From Patescibacteria group bacterium (GTDB taxonomy: Bacteria; Patescibacteriota; Patescibacteriia; 2-02-FULL-49-11): 64,000 nucleotides of DNA. Positions 44,891-54,141 of the stretch are shown here, in pieces (positions within the stretch are counted from its first letter, which is position 1; the number at the start of each line of letters is the position of its first letter). The stretch spans positions 2,374-66,373 of the forward strand of contig JBAZQN010000008.1 of NCBI GenBank assembly GCA_041645165.1. The letters are read 5' to 3'. Under the pieces are notes generated by a model. The model was not told the DNA's origin. It saw nothing but the letters and a program-made list of their open reading frames with translations, and did no database searches. The position numbers and the translations under genes were made by a program.

Positions 44891-46243
44891 TTAGACTAAC
44901 GAATTATTTTTAGTCTTGTAGAGGAAACCCAGCACACCGGCGAATATGCTGAATACCAGGATAGAGAGAAGCGCTGAAGGGCCTGTCCTTGGCGATTCTT
45001 GAATAGCTGCTCTGACACGGGGCGTACCGGAAAGGATAGTAGTAATAATCTCCGTGCTATCGATTTGATAATTCTTAGCGCTTGCACTCACGGTAAGCGC
45101 GACAGGCGTTTGATAGGGAGCATTTGAGGTCACTTGAAATACTGGATTCCATGTCCTCACTTCCCCATTATCGAGCTGATCGATTTCCCAATAAAGCGTA
45201 TTTTTTTCTTTAATCCCGCCTTGAGAATCAAGAATGTCAAAATATAAAGGGTCAAAATGAAGTGACACTAAAATACCTTCTGCGCGCGACCCTGAATAAT
45301 TAGTTACTATGATCTCGCTATTGACCCTTTCGCCACGATAAGCAGTATGCGAAGTTACTCGATATTCATTTTCGTCACTCACGAGCATGCGAACTGACAA
45401 TGAGTCATTCCCCTCAATGGCATCAAGCAGTGTTGTGCTGGTAAGGTAATCAAACCTCGTGGCATTATCCGCAGTAATAGTGACCATATTCGTCAGCTTG
45501 TCCAGTGTGGATGATCCGCGCACCCTCACCGTAACCGTCTGAATGGCTTTTTGTCCCGGATAAAAATTTCCCACACTCCAGCGCACTTCACCGGCCTGCA
45601 CCGAACCGCCTGTGCTTGTCTGAATAATATCAGCATTTTGTTCGTCAAAATCGTCTGTAAGGATCGTATTGCGTGCTATGGTATTTCCATCATTCCGGTA
45701 GGAGATGGTATAGGCAATTAAATCACCCTGCCTTACTGTATCCTTGTCTGCGCTTACGGTGGCAACCAGCACCGGCTTAGCCTGCGCAGATATATTAACA
45801 GTAGGTGTGGTAAGTGATGACACATTATCCGCGCTTAATCGCGCGAAGGCTGAAATAGTCGTAGTGCCGCTGGGCAACTGCTCTTTTATGGTGAACCAAA
45901 ACACTCTCACTTCTGTGGTTTTTTGCGTTAAACGCTCCTGAGTATATATAACCGTTCCCAAACTTTGCACCGCACTGCCAATATCATGGGGAGTAAGCAG
46001 GTGCTCGTCATAGTCCAAAATAATGCGTATGTTGTCAGCGTTTTCAAACGCGGTATTTGCATAGGTAACAGTATAACCAATTATATCACCCGGCGATGCT
46101 TCATTTTTTGTCACTGAGAGCCCCAGAGAAAGAATCGCATTCGCTGATGCGTTCGATACGAATAAAGTACTAGTGAATGCGGTTGAAATTACGGCAAACA
46201 TAGCTGCGTAAGAGAATGCCTTGTGAATAGGTATTAATTTCAT
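44891..46243 (-). CDS. Cell-surface protein with signal peptide and C-terminal sorting signal (likely substrate of the adjacent sortase).
   Basis: N-terminal signal peptide (...FVSNASA). C-terminal ...QESPRTGPSALLSILVFSIFAGVLGFLYKTKNN: xPxTG-like motif, then a hydrophobic helix and a basic tail. Repetitive beta-rich body. Confidence 0.6.
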   Translation of the reverse strand: MKLIPIHKAFSYAAMFAVISTAFTSTLFVSNASANAILSLGLSVTKNEASPGDIIGYTVTYANTAFENADNIRIILDYDEHLLTPHDIGSAVQSLGTVIYTQERLTQKTTEVRVFWFTIKEQLPSGTTTISAFARLSADNVSSLTTPTVNISAQAKPVLVATVSADKDTVRQGDLIAYTISYRNDGNTIARNTILTDDFDEQNADIIQTSTGGSVQAGEVRWSVGNFYPGQKAIQTVTVRVRGSSTLDKLTNMVTITADNATRFDYLTSTTLLDAIEGNDSLSVRMLVSDENEYRVTSHTAYRGERVNSEIIVTNYSGSRAEGILVSLHFDPLYFDILDSQGGIKEKNTLYWEIDQLDNGEVRTWNPVFQVTSNAPYQTPVALTVSASAKNYQIDSTEIITTILSGTPRVRAAIQESPRTGPSALLSILVFSIFAGVLGFLYKTKNNSLV

Positions 46244-46498
46244 AATAAATGGTTAAGGTTATAAAACAGAGTATTATTACTGATATTTCAATATTTGTCA
46301 ATATGGACGCAAGTTGACAAAAAGTTAATAATATGCTACTTTTGAACTTAGAATCCAAGGTAAGGATAGGGATATTTATGAGATAGCAGAAGTATATCTG
46401 CGTTGACCTGCGTTCGGCCGCATAACGCACTGTACTACTATTCTTAAAACCAGGTTGTTACGGTCGATTATCCGTTATATATTCTACGTTCATAATAT

Positions 46499-47698
46499 AT
46501 GAATTCGATTCTTGAAAAAGTTCTCCTTTCTCAAGAGATTACAGAGCGGCAGAAGTTGAGCCCTGTAGATATCTGCACCCAGTTATTAAAACTGCTTACC
46601 AATCGCGAGGCAGATGTGCTTCGTTTGCGTTTTGGCCTAGACGGAAATGGCACACATACGCTTGAGATTATCGGCAAAAGGTACACAATTACAAGGGAAC
46701 GCGTACGGCAGATTGAGCATCAAAGCATCCAAAAACTTAAACAATCCAAACAGTTCCAGGAAATTTCAGAAGGCATTTCCACGCTTGTTACACATAACCT
46801 TACGCAGCACGGCGGCATGCGCCGCCAAGACGTGCTTCTTAATGACTTACTCTCGCTCTCGGGCGATTCGTCTGTTAACCGCAACTGCTTATCATTTATC
46901 ATCGAACAGCTTTTAAATACGGCCATTGAAGAAATAAAATCTGAAGCAATTCTGCCAAGCTGGAAACTGAAAGAATTTTCCTCGCAGCTTTTCACGGAAA
47001 CAATTGCATCTATCGAATCATTGTTGGAATCAAAAGGACAGCCGGTCAGCTTTGATGCGTTGCTTAATGAATTTTTGCGCAGCAATTTTTATCAGGAACA
47101 TGCGCAGGAGTACCAATCATTTGTACTCTTCTCATCATCCCCCGAACAAGATGAGCGCTCGATGGTTGAGCGCGTGCTTAATACCTACCTTGAATGCTCC
47201 ACCTCAGTGCTGCAAAATCCCTTCAATGAATGGGGAATGTCCCGCTGGCATAGCATTAAGCCAAAAAGAATGAGTGATAAAATTTATCTCGTGCTTAAGA
47301 AATACGGCAAGCCAATGCATTTTACCGAGATCACGGAGCAAATTAATAAGACTCGCTTCGACCACAAAGTGGCGCATGCGCCAACCGTACATAATGAACT
47401 TATTCTCGACAAGCGTTTTGTTCTTGTCGGAAGAGGAATATACGCGCTTCAAGAATGGGGATATAAGCCGGGCGTAGTTGCTGATGTGATCGCTTCCATC
47501 CTGAGTCGTGCGCCAAACCCTTTAAGCCGTGAGGAAATTATCGATGAAGTGCTCAAACAACGGTTTGTGAAAAAAGGCACCATTTTACTTGCATTGACGT
47601 CACATGATACTTTTTTACACCTTCCGGACGGTCGTTTTATGTTCAAAAAAATTGTCTCTCAAGCTCCGGAAACCGTCCACACAGAACAAAATAAATAA
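46499..47698 (+). CDS. Hypothetical protein with an N-terminal sigma-70 region-4-like HTH.
   Basis: EADVLRLRFGLDGNGTHTLEIIGKRYTITRERVRQIEHQSIQKLK matches sigma70_r4. The rest has no recognised family. Confidence 0.5.
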   Translation: MNSILEKVLLSQEITERQKLSPVDICTQLLKLLTNREADVLRLRFGLDGNGTHTLEIIGKRYTITRERVRQIEHQSIQKLKQSKQFQEISEGISTLVTHNLTQHGGMRRQDVLLNDLLSLSGDSSVNRNCLSFIIEQLLNTAIEEIKSEAILPSWKLKEFSSQLFTETIASIESLLESKGQPVSFDALLNEFLRSNFYQEHAQEYQSFVLFSSSPEQDERSMVERVLNTYLECSTSVLQNPFNEWGMSRWHSIKPKRMSDKIYLVLKKYGKPMHFTEITEQINKTRFDHKVAHAPTVHNELILDKRFVLVGRGIYALQEWGYKPGVVADVIASILSRAPNPLSREEIIDEVLKQRFVKKGTILLALTSHDTFLHLPDGRFMFKKIVSQAPETVHTEQNK

Positions 47699-47707
47699 AC
47701 ATTCGTT

Positions 47708-49096
47708 GTGGATATCACTATCAATCTCGCGCCTTTTTTCGATGCGGCCGCAAATAACCCACTCACGGTAGGGTGGTTTCTTCTTATCCACGGGGGATGG
47801 ATGCCTGTTCTTGTGGTAATATTGAGCACATTTTGGCATGTACGATTGCGTAATATCAGAGCAGCATACCTCCATCATCTTAACTATACAATTTTTGCAA
47901 TCGATGTTCCGAAGTTAAACGAACAATCTACCAGAGCAGTAGAGCAAATATTCGCGCAATTAGCAGGAGCGTTCTCCGGCGTTAACCTGATTGAGAAATA
48001 TATCCAGGGCAAAAATCAGGAAAGTTTCTCATTTGAAATAGTTTCTCTCGGAGGCTATATCCAATTTTTAGTGCGTACCCCAACCCATTTTCGCGATCTC
48101 ATTGAGGCGGCAATTTATGCACAATATCCTGATGCAGAAATTACCGAGGTGGAAGACTACACAGGCATGATTCCCCGGCAATACCCCTCTGATGAATTTA
48201 ATTTATGGGGCACTGAGCTCAAGCTTAACCGTAAAAGCGTGTATCCCATTCGAACCTATCCGCTCTTCGAGCACACCCTTACACAAAAATTTGCCGACCC
48301 AATGGCTGCGCTCCTGGAAATTATGAGCCATATGCACCCAGGTGAAAATATTTGGATCCAATGGGTAATTACGCCCATTGGAGACGGGTGGAAAGAAAAA
48401 GGCATCAATGAAGCGAAAAAATTGATTGGCGCACATGTAAAACAGGCGCCCACGCTTACTGCACGGGCGCTGCAACCGGTTCGCATAGTAACTGGAGGGG
48501 CAAGCGAAGTGCTCCTCCATGGATTGGGTATTTCTCCATATCATGTTGAAGGTGCGGCAGCGAAAGACATGCCAAGTCACATACAATATCTGTCTCCTGG
48601 AGAACGCGCGATCGTTGAGGCCATTGAAGCAAAAATTTCTAAAGTCGGTTTCCACGCTAAATGCCGCATTATTTATGTCGCGAAAAAAGAAATATTCGAT
48701 AAAGCGCGCGGTGTTGCGGGTATTTTGGGCGCCTTTAGCCAATTTAGCGCATTGAATCTCAACAGTTTTGAACCCGCAGGCAAGGTGACCACAAAAGCAA
48801 ATTATTTCTTCACTAAACGCAGAATCGCCAAACGCCAAAAAAAAATAGCGCGCGCATTCCGCCAACGAAGCAAAGAATTAGGATGGGGTCATGGCATGAT
48901 ATTGAATACCGAGGAATTGGCAACGGTGTGGCATTTCCCCGTTGCAGAGGTGAAAGCCCCGTTAGTGAAGATGACTGAAGCGAAAAAAGGAGAGCCCCCG
49001 GCTGAGTTGCCGATAGAAATTATGGAGCCTGCCGCAAGTGATGCACAGACATCCAAAATACAAGAAGCGGAAACGCCGGAAAATTTACCCGTATAA
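47708..49096 (+). CDS. Hypothetical membrane-anchored protein (possible partner or N-terminal module of the downstream coupling-protein-like ATPase).
   Basis: N-terminal TM (VGWFLLIHGGWMPVLVVILSTFW). Otherwise unassigned. Confidence 0.3.
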   Translation: MDITINLAPFFDAAANNPLTVGWFLLIHGGWMPVLVVILSTFWHVRLRNIRAAYLHHLNYTIFAIDVPKLNEQSTRAVEQIFAQLAGAFSGVNLIEKYIQGKNQESFSFEIVSLGGYIQFLVRTPTHFRDLIEAAIYAQYPDAEITEVEDYTGMIPRQYPSDEFNLWGTELKLNRKSVYPIRTYPLFEHTLTQKFADPMAALLEIMSHMHPGENIWIQWVITPIGDGWKEKGINEAKKLIGAHVKQAPTLTARALQPVRIVTGGASEVLLHGLGISPYHVEGAAAKDMPSHIQYLSPGERAIVEAIEAKISKVGFHAKCRIIYVAKKEIFDKARGVAGILGAFSQFSALNLNSFEPAGKVTTKANYFFTKRRIAKRQKKIARAFRQRSKELGWGHGMILNTEELATVWHFPVAEVKAPLVKMTEAKKGEPPAELPIEIMEPAASDAQTSKIQEAETPENLPV

Positions 49097-49200
49097 TCCA
49101 AAATTTAAAGTCCAAAAATCAAAATGCGAGATCAAAATGCAAAAATTTTTGATTATTAATTTTCATTTTTAGATTTTAGGTTTTACATTTTGCATTTTTA
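49085..49200. repeat. Palindromic A-rich / T-rich arm element (CAAAATGCAAAAA / TTTTTGCATTTTG type).
   Basis: tccaaaatttaaagtccaaaaatcaaaatgcgagatcaaaatgcaaaaattttt...ttttacattttgcatttttac. Confidence 0.55.
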
Positions 49201-49221
49201 CTGAATAAGAGAGGGTTCAAC

Positions 49222-51207
49222 ATGAATAACACTATGACTGATCAAATTTCCCAAAACAATGACATCTGCTACTTTGCGATGACTAATTTTCGCGGCCAAA
49301 ATCGCAAATTTGGCATACGCACTGATGACCGCCGCAAACACATGTACCTCATTGGTAAAACCGGCATGGGGAAATCAACGACCCTCGAGAATATGATCAT
49401 ACAGGATATACGCGAAGGAAGGGGAGTGGGAGTAGTGGATCCTCATGGCGATTTGGTTGAAAAAATATTGGACTATATCCCCCCGCACCGCATCAACGAT
49501 GTCATATATTTTAATCCCGCTGACATTGATTACCCTATTGCATTCAATATTCTTGAAAACGTAGATCCCCGCTATAAGCACCTTGTCGCGTCCGGACTTA
49601 TGGGAGTATTCACAAAAATTTGGGCAAATGTTTGGTCAGCACGAATGGAATATATCATGAATAATTGCATCCTCGCCCTGCTTGATTCTCCCGGCAATAC
49701 CCTTCTAGGGATCAACCGCATATTAGTTGATAAGGAATACCGGCATAAAATTGTAAGCCGCATTTTAGATCCTGTCGTGCGGTCGTTCTGGGTGAATGAA
49801 TACGCGAATTACAACGACCGATTCCGCACTGAAGCAATCGCGCCAATCCAAAATAAGGTTGGGCAATTTCTTTCGACCGCAATTGTGAGAAATATTGTCG
49901 GGCAGACGCAATCGACCATAGATATGCGGGAAATCATGGATACCAAAAAAATCCTCATCCTCAATCTTGCGAAAGGACGCATAGGCGAGGACAATTCGTC
50001 GCTTTTGGGCGCGATGATGATTACCAAGCTGCAGCTTGCAGTCATGAGCAGGGTAGATATTCCTGAAAAAGAAAGGAATGATTTCTTCCTTTATGTGGAT
50101 GAATTTCAAAATTTTGCGACGACCTCATTTTCAGACATCCTCTCTGAAGCAAGAAAATATCGCCTCTCGCTCATTATGGCGCACCAATACATAGAACAAC
50201 TTGAGGAAGAGGTGGCTGCGGCGGTATTTGGCAACGTCGGCACTATCGCCTGTTTCCGCGTGGGCGCCACCGATGCGGAAGAGCTGGTAAAGGAATTTAC
50301 CCCTTATTTCACTGAAGAAGATTTGGTAAATCTCACTAAATATGACATTTATCTGCGGCTTATGATCAACGGCGTGGCGTCAAGGCCATTTTCGGCCACG
50401 TCGCTCCCGCCGCTTCGCACCGATGAAATGACAGGGAATCGTGAAAAAGTAATCGCGGTGTCAAGAGAGCGGTATACGAAACCGCGAGAGGAAGTTGAAG
50501 AGAAAATTATCAGATGGACCGGTATAGAAGATATGTATTCCACCACTGCTGAATTGGATAATATCGCTGGTATTGCCGAGGATGAGCAGCGGTATCGCGA
50601 ACTTCCCGCAGCTCCTCTACCTACTGAAAAACCGACAAATGAACCTGCCGTTTCTCAAGGGCCAGAACCAAAAAATGCCACATGTGACAATTGCGGTCGC
50701 GGTACGCTTATCACATTTACCCCGGATGAAAAACGCAACGTATTTTGCAAAAGCTGTCTGAAAAAATTTCGTCAGGGCCTTATCGACATCACCACTTTAA
50801 AAAAACGCAATATCCCTGAAGTGTATGATGCTCCTCCTGCGCACACACAAGCCGCTCCCACAGACAATACTGCTCATAAGACACAAAGCGCCCCTGTTTC
50901 CGCAAGCCCTAATTTTGTCATACTGAAACCACCGCCCAAACTCTCTCCATCGCAGCATGATGAGCAAGTGCGAAAGATACCCATACTTCCCGTATCCTAT
51001 CCTAGTGAGTTATCGCTGCGAGACGCCCTTCAAACCGAGCCAATTCCTTTCCATAAATTACGCGGCAATAAATTAAAAAGGCGCCTTACGACAGAAACCA
51101 CGCCCTTTGAAACACAAAAAGAACCCGCTGAATATGCTCCGCCCATGCCTAAACCGCGCCATTATGTCATCAAAGGGATTCCTCCCAAAAAAGTGGTTCC
51201 ATTATAA
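49222..51207 (+). CDS. VirD4/TraD/TraG-like (type IV coupling protein-like; FtsK/HerA superfamily) P-loop ATPase with a C-terminal zinc ribbon and a Pro-rich tail.
   Basis: Walker A LIGKTGMGKST, a downstream VVDPHGDL box, Walker B FLYVDEFQNF and SLIMAHQYIEQL (T4CP-like sensor). C-terminal CDNCGRG...CKSC. Confidence 0.55.
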   Translation: MNNTMTDQISQNNDICYFAMTNFRGQNRKFGIRTDDRRKHMYLIGKTGMGKSTTLENMIIQDIREGRGVGVVDPHGDLVEKILDYIPPHRINDVIYFNPADIDYPIAFNILENVDPRYKHLVASGLMGVFTKIWANVWSARMEYIMNNCILALLDSPGNTLLGINRILVDKEYRHKIVSRILDPVVRSFWVNEYANYNDRFRTEAIAPIQNKVGQFLSTAIVRNIVGQTQSTIDMREIMDTKKILILNLAKGRIGEDNSSLLGAMMITKLQLAVMSRVDIPEKERNDFFLYVDEFQNFATTSFSDILSEARKYRLSLIMAHQYIEQLEEEVAAAVFGNVGTIACFRVGATDAEELVKEFTPYFTEEDLVNLTKYDIYLRLMINGVASRPFSATSLPPLRTDEMTGNREKVIAVSRERYTKPREEVEEKIIRWTGIEDMYSTTAELDNIAGIAEDEQRYRELPAAPLPTEKPTNEPAVSQGPEPKNATCDNCGRGTLITFTPDEKRNVFCKSCLKKFRQGLIDITTLKKRNIPEVYDAPPAHTQAAPTDNTAHKTQSAPVSASPNFVILKPPPKLSPSQHDEQVRKIPILPVSYPSELSLRDALQTEPIPFHKLRGNKLKRRLTTETTPFETQKEPAEYAPPMPKPRHYVIKGIPPKKVVPL

Positions 51208-51241
51208 TAATATTGAGGATATGATATACTATATATAAGTA

Positions 51242-51553
51242 TTGATATATATCTTATTACCTCTTAAATGTATGCCTGAATCACAGACAGAATACCAAAA
51301 TCTACTTACCGAACTAATACAGAAACAAATAGTTATCCTGGGACCCGATATTGCCATAATGAAAGCGCGTAACGTATCAGGATTATCTGTGGCAGGTGAT
51401 GGAACGGTAACTCAAATGAACGGCAATCCTCCCGACCTTATCAATCAGCTTATAGAACAATATGTCTCCCTTTCAGGCCTTATTGTAAAAAAGGCAATGG
51501 AGCCGTTATTGGCAAAATATCCTTCATTAACTATTGGGAAAAACAACTCATAG
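51242..51553 (+). CDS. Hypothetical protein.
   Basis: ORF only. The start is possibly the internal Met (MPESQTEY). Confidence 0.25.
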   Translation: MIYILLPLKCMPESQTEYQNLLTELIQKQIVILGPDIAIMKARNVSGLSVAGDGTVTQMNGNPPDLINQLIEQYVSLSGLIVKKAMEPLLAKYPSLTIGKNNS

Positions 51554-51558
51554 CGTTT

Positions 51559-51882
51559 TTGGATTTTTTAATTTATAGCATATTTTATATGACTTCAACG
51601 CTTTCGCTTATTACATTTATTTTTTGGGTTATTGCAGGAATTACGACTTTTATAGTATGCATAATGAATGCATATAAAACACGGGGAGGAAGGTTTTCGG
51701 CCGCATTTATATCGCTCGGATTCGGTACGCTTCTCCTTGCGACTTCTGCCATAATCGCTACGTTTTTTAATTCCCAGTTTGGGCAGGGTATCACGCAACT
51801 ACTGCACGATGGTGGATTTGTCATCGGATTCATCCTCGTGCTTTCCGCTTCCAATCGCTTCTTAAAGGCAATGACAGGATAA
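51559..51882 (+). CDS. Hypothetical small membrane protein (3 TM).
   Basis: Hydrophobicity. Directly upstream of the histidine kinase. Confidence 0.3.
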   Translation: MDFLIYSIFYMTSTLSLITFIFWVIAGITTFIVCIMNAYKTRGGRFSAAFISLGFGTLLLATSAIIATFFNSQFGQGITQLLHDGGFVIGFILVLSASNRFLKAMTG

Positions 51883-51892
51883 TTTCCCTTCA

Positions 51893-53632
51893 GTGTCCCT
51901 TTGGATTCCCATTCTTTTACTCCTTTTTATTCTTGCTTTAGGCGCGAGTATTTTTGAGTTGCTGGCCTTACGTAAGGCAAGAACATATCTCACAAAACGC
52001 GAATCAGATCTTGAGGCGAAAATTTATGAAATCGCCATACTCAAGGAGCTAGGCGAGAGGATTGGTTATTCGCTCAATACGCGAAAAATTGTTGAGATTA
52101 TTACCGGAAGTCTTGGCCAATTCATCGACTACTCGGCAGTATCTTATCTGCTTATAGAGCCGCAGTTATTGCTTTTCCATTGCAATTTGGAATCATCTGT
52201 TGATGCCACGTTTGTCAGTACCATTCGCGACAGGATGCGCGCGGCGCTCAATGCCCTTACGAATGACGAATATATAAAATTTCGCATTGAGGAGACGGTC
52301 ACCGGCGCCATTATTACAGAATCATTGCACCAACCAGTCCGGTCGTTTTTTAACATCCCGCTCGTTATCCGAAATCGCACGGTAGGCATCATCACCGTCG
52401 CAAGCACAAAATCAGACCTCTACCACGAGGATGAAATGACCCTTCTTTACAAAATAACCTCGCAAGCGTCACAAGCAGTATCGCGTTTGGAGGAAGTGCT
52501 TGCTGTCGAGGAAGAAAAATTAAACGCAATGGTTGCCAGTATGCCAGATGGTCTTCTCATGACAGATCCTGAATTTCGGATAGTGGTCATCAATCCCGCG
52601 CTCCAGCGCACGTTAGGCCTTGAAGGGAATTCAACAGTTTCTATCTTTAACATCATTGACTGTCTGGGCGGTGTGCTTGATATCAGGGGAAAACTGGATG
52701 AAGCGATAAACCTTGATAAACTTATAGTGGCTGAAAATGTTTCATTCCGCCAAAAAACTTATCAAGTCCTTATTTCCCCGGTAAAACCATTGGCTCCGTC
52801 CGATATCCCGGGCAAACAAAACACCTTCGGTTCAGTTGCCCTTTTCCATGATATCACCCACGAAAGGGAGCTTGAAAAAATGCGGGAAGATTTCACTTCC
52901 ATGATGGTGCACGAGCTCCGGTCACCGCTTGACGGCATATGTAAAATAACGGAATTACTGACGTCAAAGCAACGGAAAGGGAAATCATACCATGAATTCA
53001 CCCACATGATCCATCAGAGCGCGTCTGAAATGCTCACGCTGGTATCCACATTACTGGATATTGCAAAAATCGATGCGGGTAAATTTGAAATTCTTCCTGT
53101 GGTAAGCAACACTCGGACGCTGCTGGAGGAAAAGCTGAAATTTTATCGACCGCTTGCCGCTGACCGCCATATACAAATGAGCGACTCTCTCGATCCTGCA
53201 CTTCCTGACATCTTGTTAGACCCCCATCGTATTGGCCAAGTGATTAATAACCTTCTTTCTAACGCGATAAAGTTTTCACCTGTCGCGGGAACGATACATG
53301 TGAGCGCCTTTCGCCATGCCTCGGGTGGAAATATTAATCAAGAAGGAAAAACCGCAGATCCCTTATGGCATGCTATCTCGACGCCACTTCCGCTCACAGA
53401 TGCGCTCGTGGTCGCGGTATCAGATATGGGCATTGGCATTACGCACGATGAAATACCGCAATTATTTACTAAATTCCAGAGATTGAGTGCAGGCAAACTT
53501 TCCCAAAAAGGCACAGGACTGGGCCTGGTCATTGCGCGTGGCATTATCGAGGCGCATCATGGTATAATGACACTAGGATCCACAGAAAGCAAGGGCACGA
53601 CTTTTGTCTTTACCATACCTTTATCACATTAA
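51893..53632 (+). CDS. Sensor histidine kinase (TM, GAF/PAS-like, HisKA, HATPase_c).
   Basis: H-box MVHELRSPLDGI. N/G boxes (NLLSNAIKFS, SDMGIGI, GTGLGL). Confidence 0.85.
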   Translation: MSLWIPILLLLFILALGASIFELLALRKARTYLTKRESDLEAKIYEIAILKELGERIGYSLNTRKIVEIITGSLGQFIDYSAVSYLLIEPQLLLFHCNLESSVDATFVSTIRDRMRAALNALTNDEYIKFRIEETVTGAIITESLHQPVRSFFNIPLVIRNRTVGIITVASTKSDLYHEDEMTLLYKITSQASQAVSRLEEVLAVEEEKLNAMVASMPDGLLMTDPEFRIVVINPALQRTLGLEGNSTVSIFNIIDCLGGVLDIRGKLDEAINLDKLIVAENVSFRQKTYQVLISPVKPLAPSDIPGKQNTFGSVALFHDITHERELEKMREDFTSMMVHELRSPLDGICKITELLTSKQRKGKSYHEFTHMIHQSASEMLTLVSTLLDIAKIDAGKFEILPVVSNTRTLLEEKLKFYRPLAADRHIQMSDSLDPALPDILLDPHRIGQVINNLLSNAIKFSPVAGTIHVSAFRHASGGNINQEGKTADPLWHAISTPLPLTDALVVAVSDMGIGITHDEIPQLFTKFQRLSAGKLSQKGTGLGLVIARGIIEAHHGIMTLGSTESKGTTFVFTIPLSH

Positions 53633-53655
53633 TAATTAACCCTCATTCATCACGT

Positions 53656-54039
53656 ATGCCTAAATTACAAACAATTTTAGTTATCGAAGACGAACAAACA
53701 ATATTAAAAGCTATTTCCATTGCACTAGAGGAAGCGGGATTTAAAGTGCTGTCGGCAATTGACGGGGAAACCGGCGAACAAATGGCGGTCACACACGCGC
53801 CAGATCTTATACTTCTCGATATTATACTTCCGCGTAAAAATGGATTGGACGTGCTTAAAGGCCTGAAAGGCAACGAGGCGACAAACGCAATTCCTGTCAT
53901 CCTCCTTACCAACCTTTCAGATACTGAAACAGTAAGCCAAGGCGTAGCGCTGGGCGCGCGAGGATATCTAGTGAAAGCAAACTACAGCCTTGACGAGGTA
54001 GTGACGAAAGTAAAAGATGTGTTGAAAAAGAGTAAGTAA
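53656..54039 (+). CDS. Single-domain response regulator (CheY-like receiver).
   Basis: ILVIEDE...DLILLDIILPRKNGLDV (phospho-Asp context) and a conserved Thr/Lys downstream. Confidence 0.85.
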   Translation: MPKLQTILVIEDEQTILKAISIALEEAGFKVLSAIDGETGEQMAVTHAPDLILLDIILPRKNGLDVLKGLKGNEATNAIPVILLTNLSDTETVSQGVALGARGYLVKANYSLDEVVTKVKDVLKKSK

Positions 54040-54063
54040 TCCTTCCATAATCAACTAGTTTTT

Positions 54064-54100
54064 TACACCGGTGTAACGTTCATCGGTGTTTTTTGTATGC
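54064..54100 (+). terminator. Rho-independent terminator after the two-component pair.
   Basis: ACACCGgtgtaacgttcatCGGTGT hairpin followed by TTTTTTG. Confidence 0.6.
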
Positions 54101-54141
54101 TATACTGAGAACGTAGAACAATACAGTAGAAAGGTATTCAC

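Noticed and set aside
46281-46330. Sigma-70 promoter (TTGACA ... TATGCT/TAATAT) upstream of the sigma-4-domain gene.
   Set aside because: The spacing between the best -35 and -10 candidates is 9-12 nt rather than 16-18, and the region is generally AT-rich. It is not supportable as a specific promoter call.
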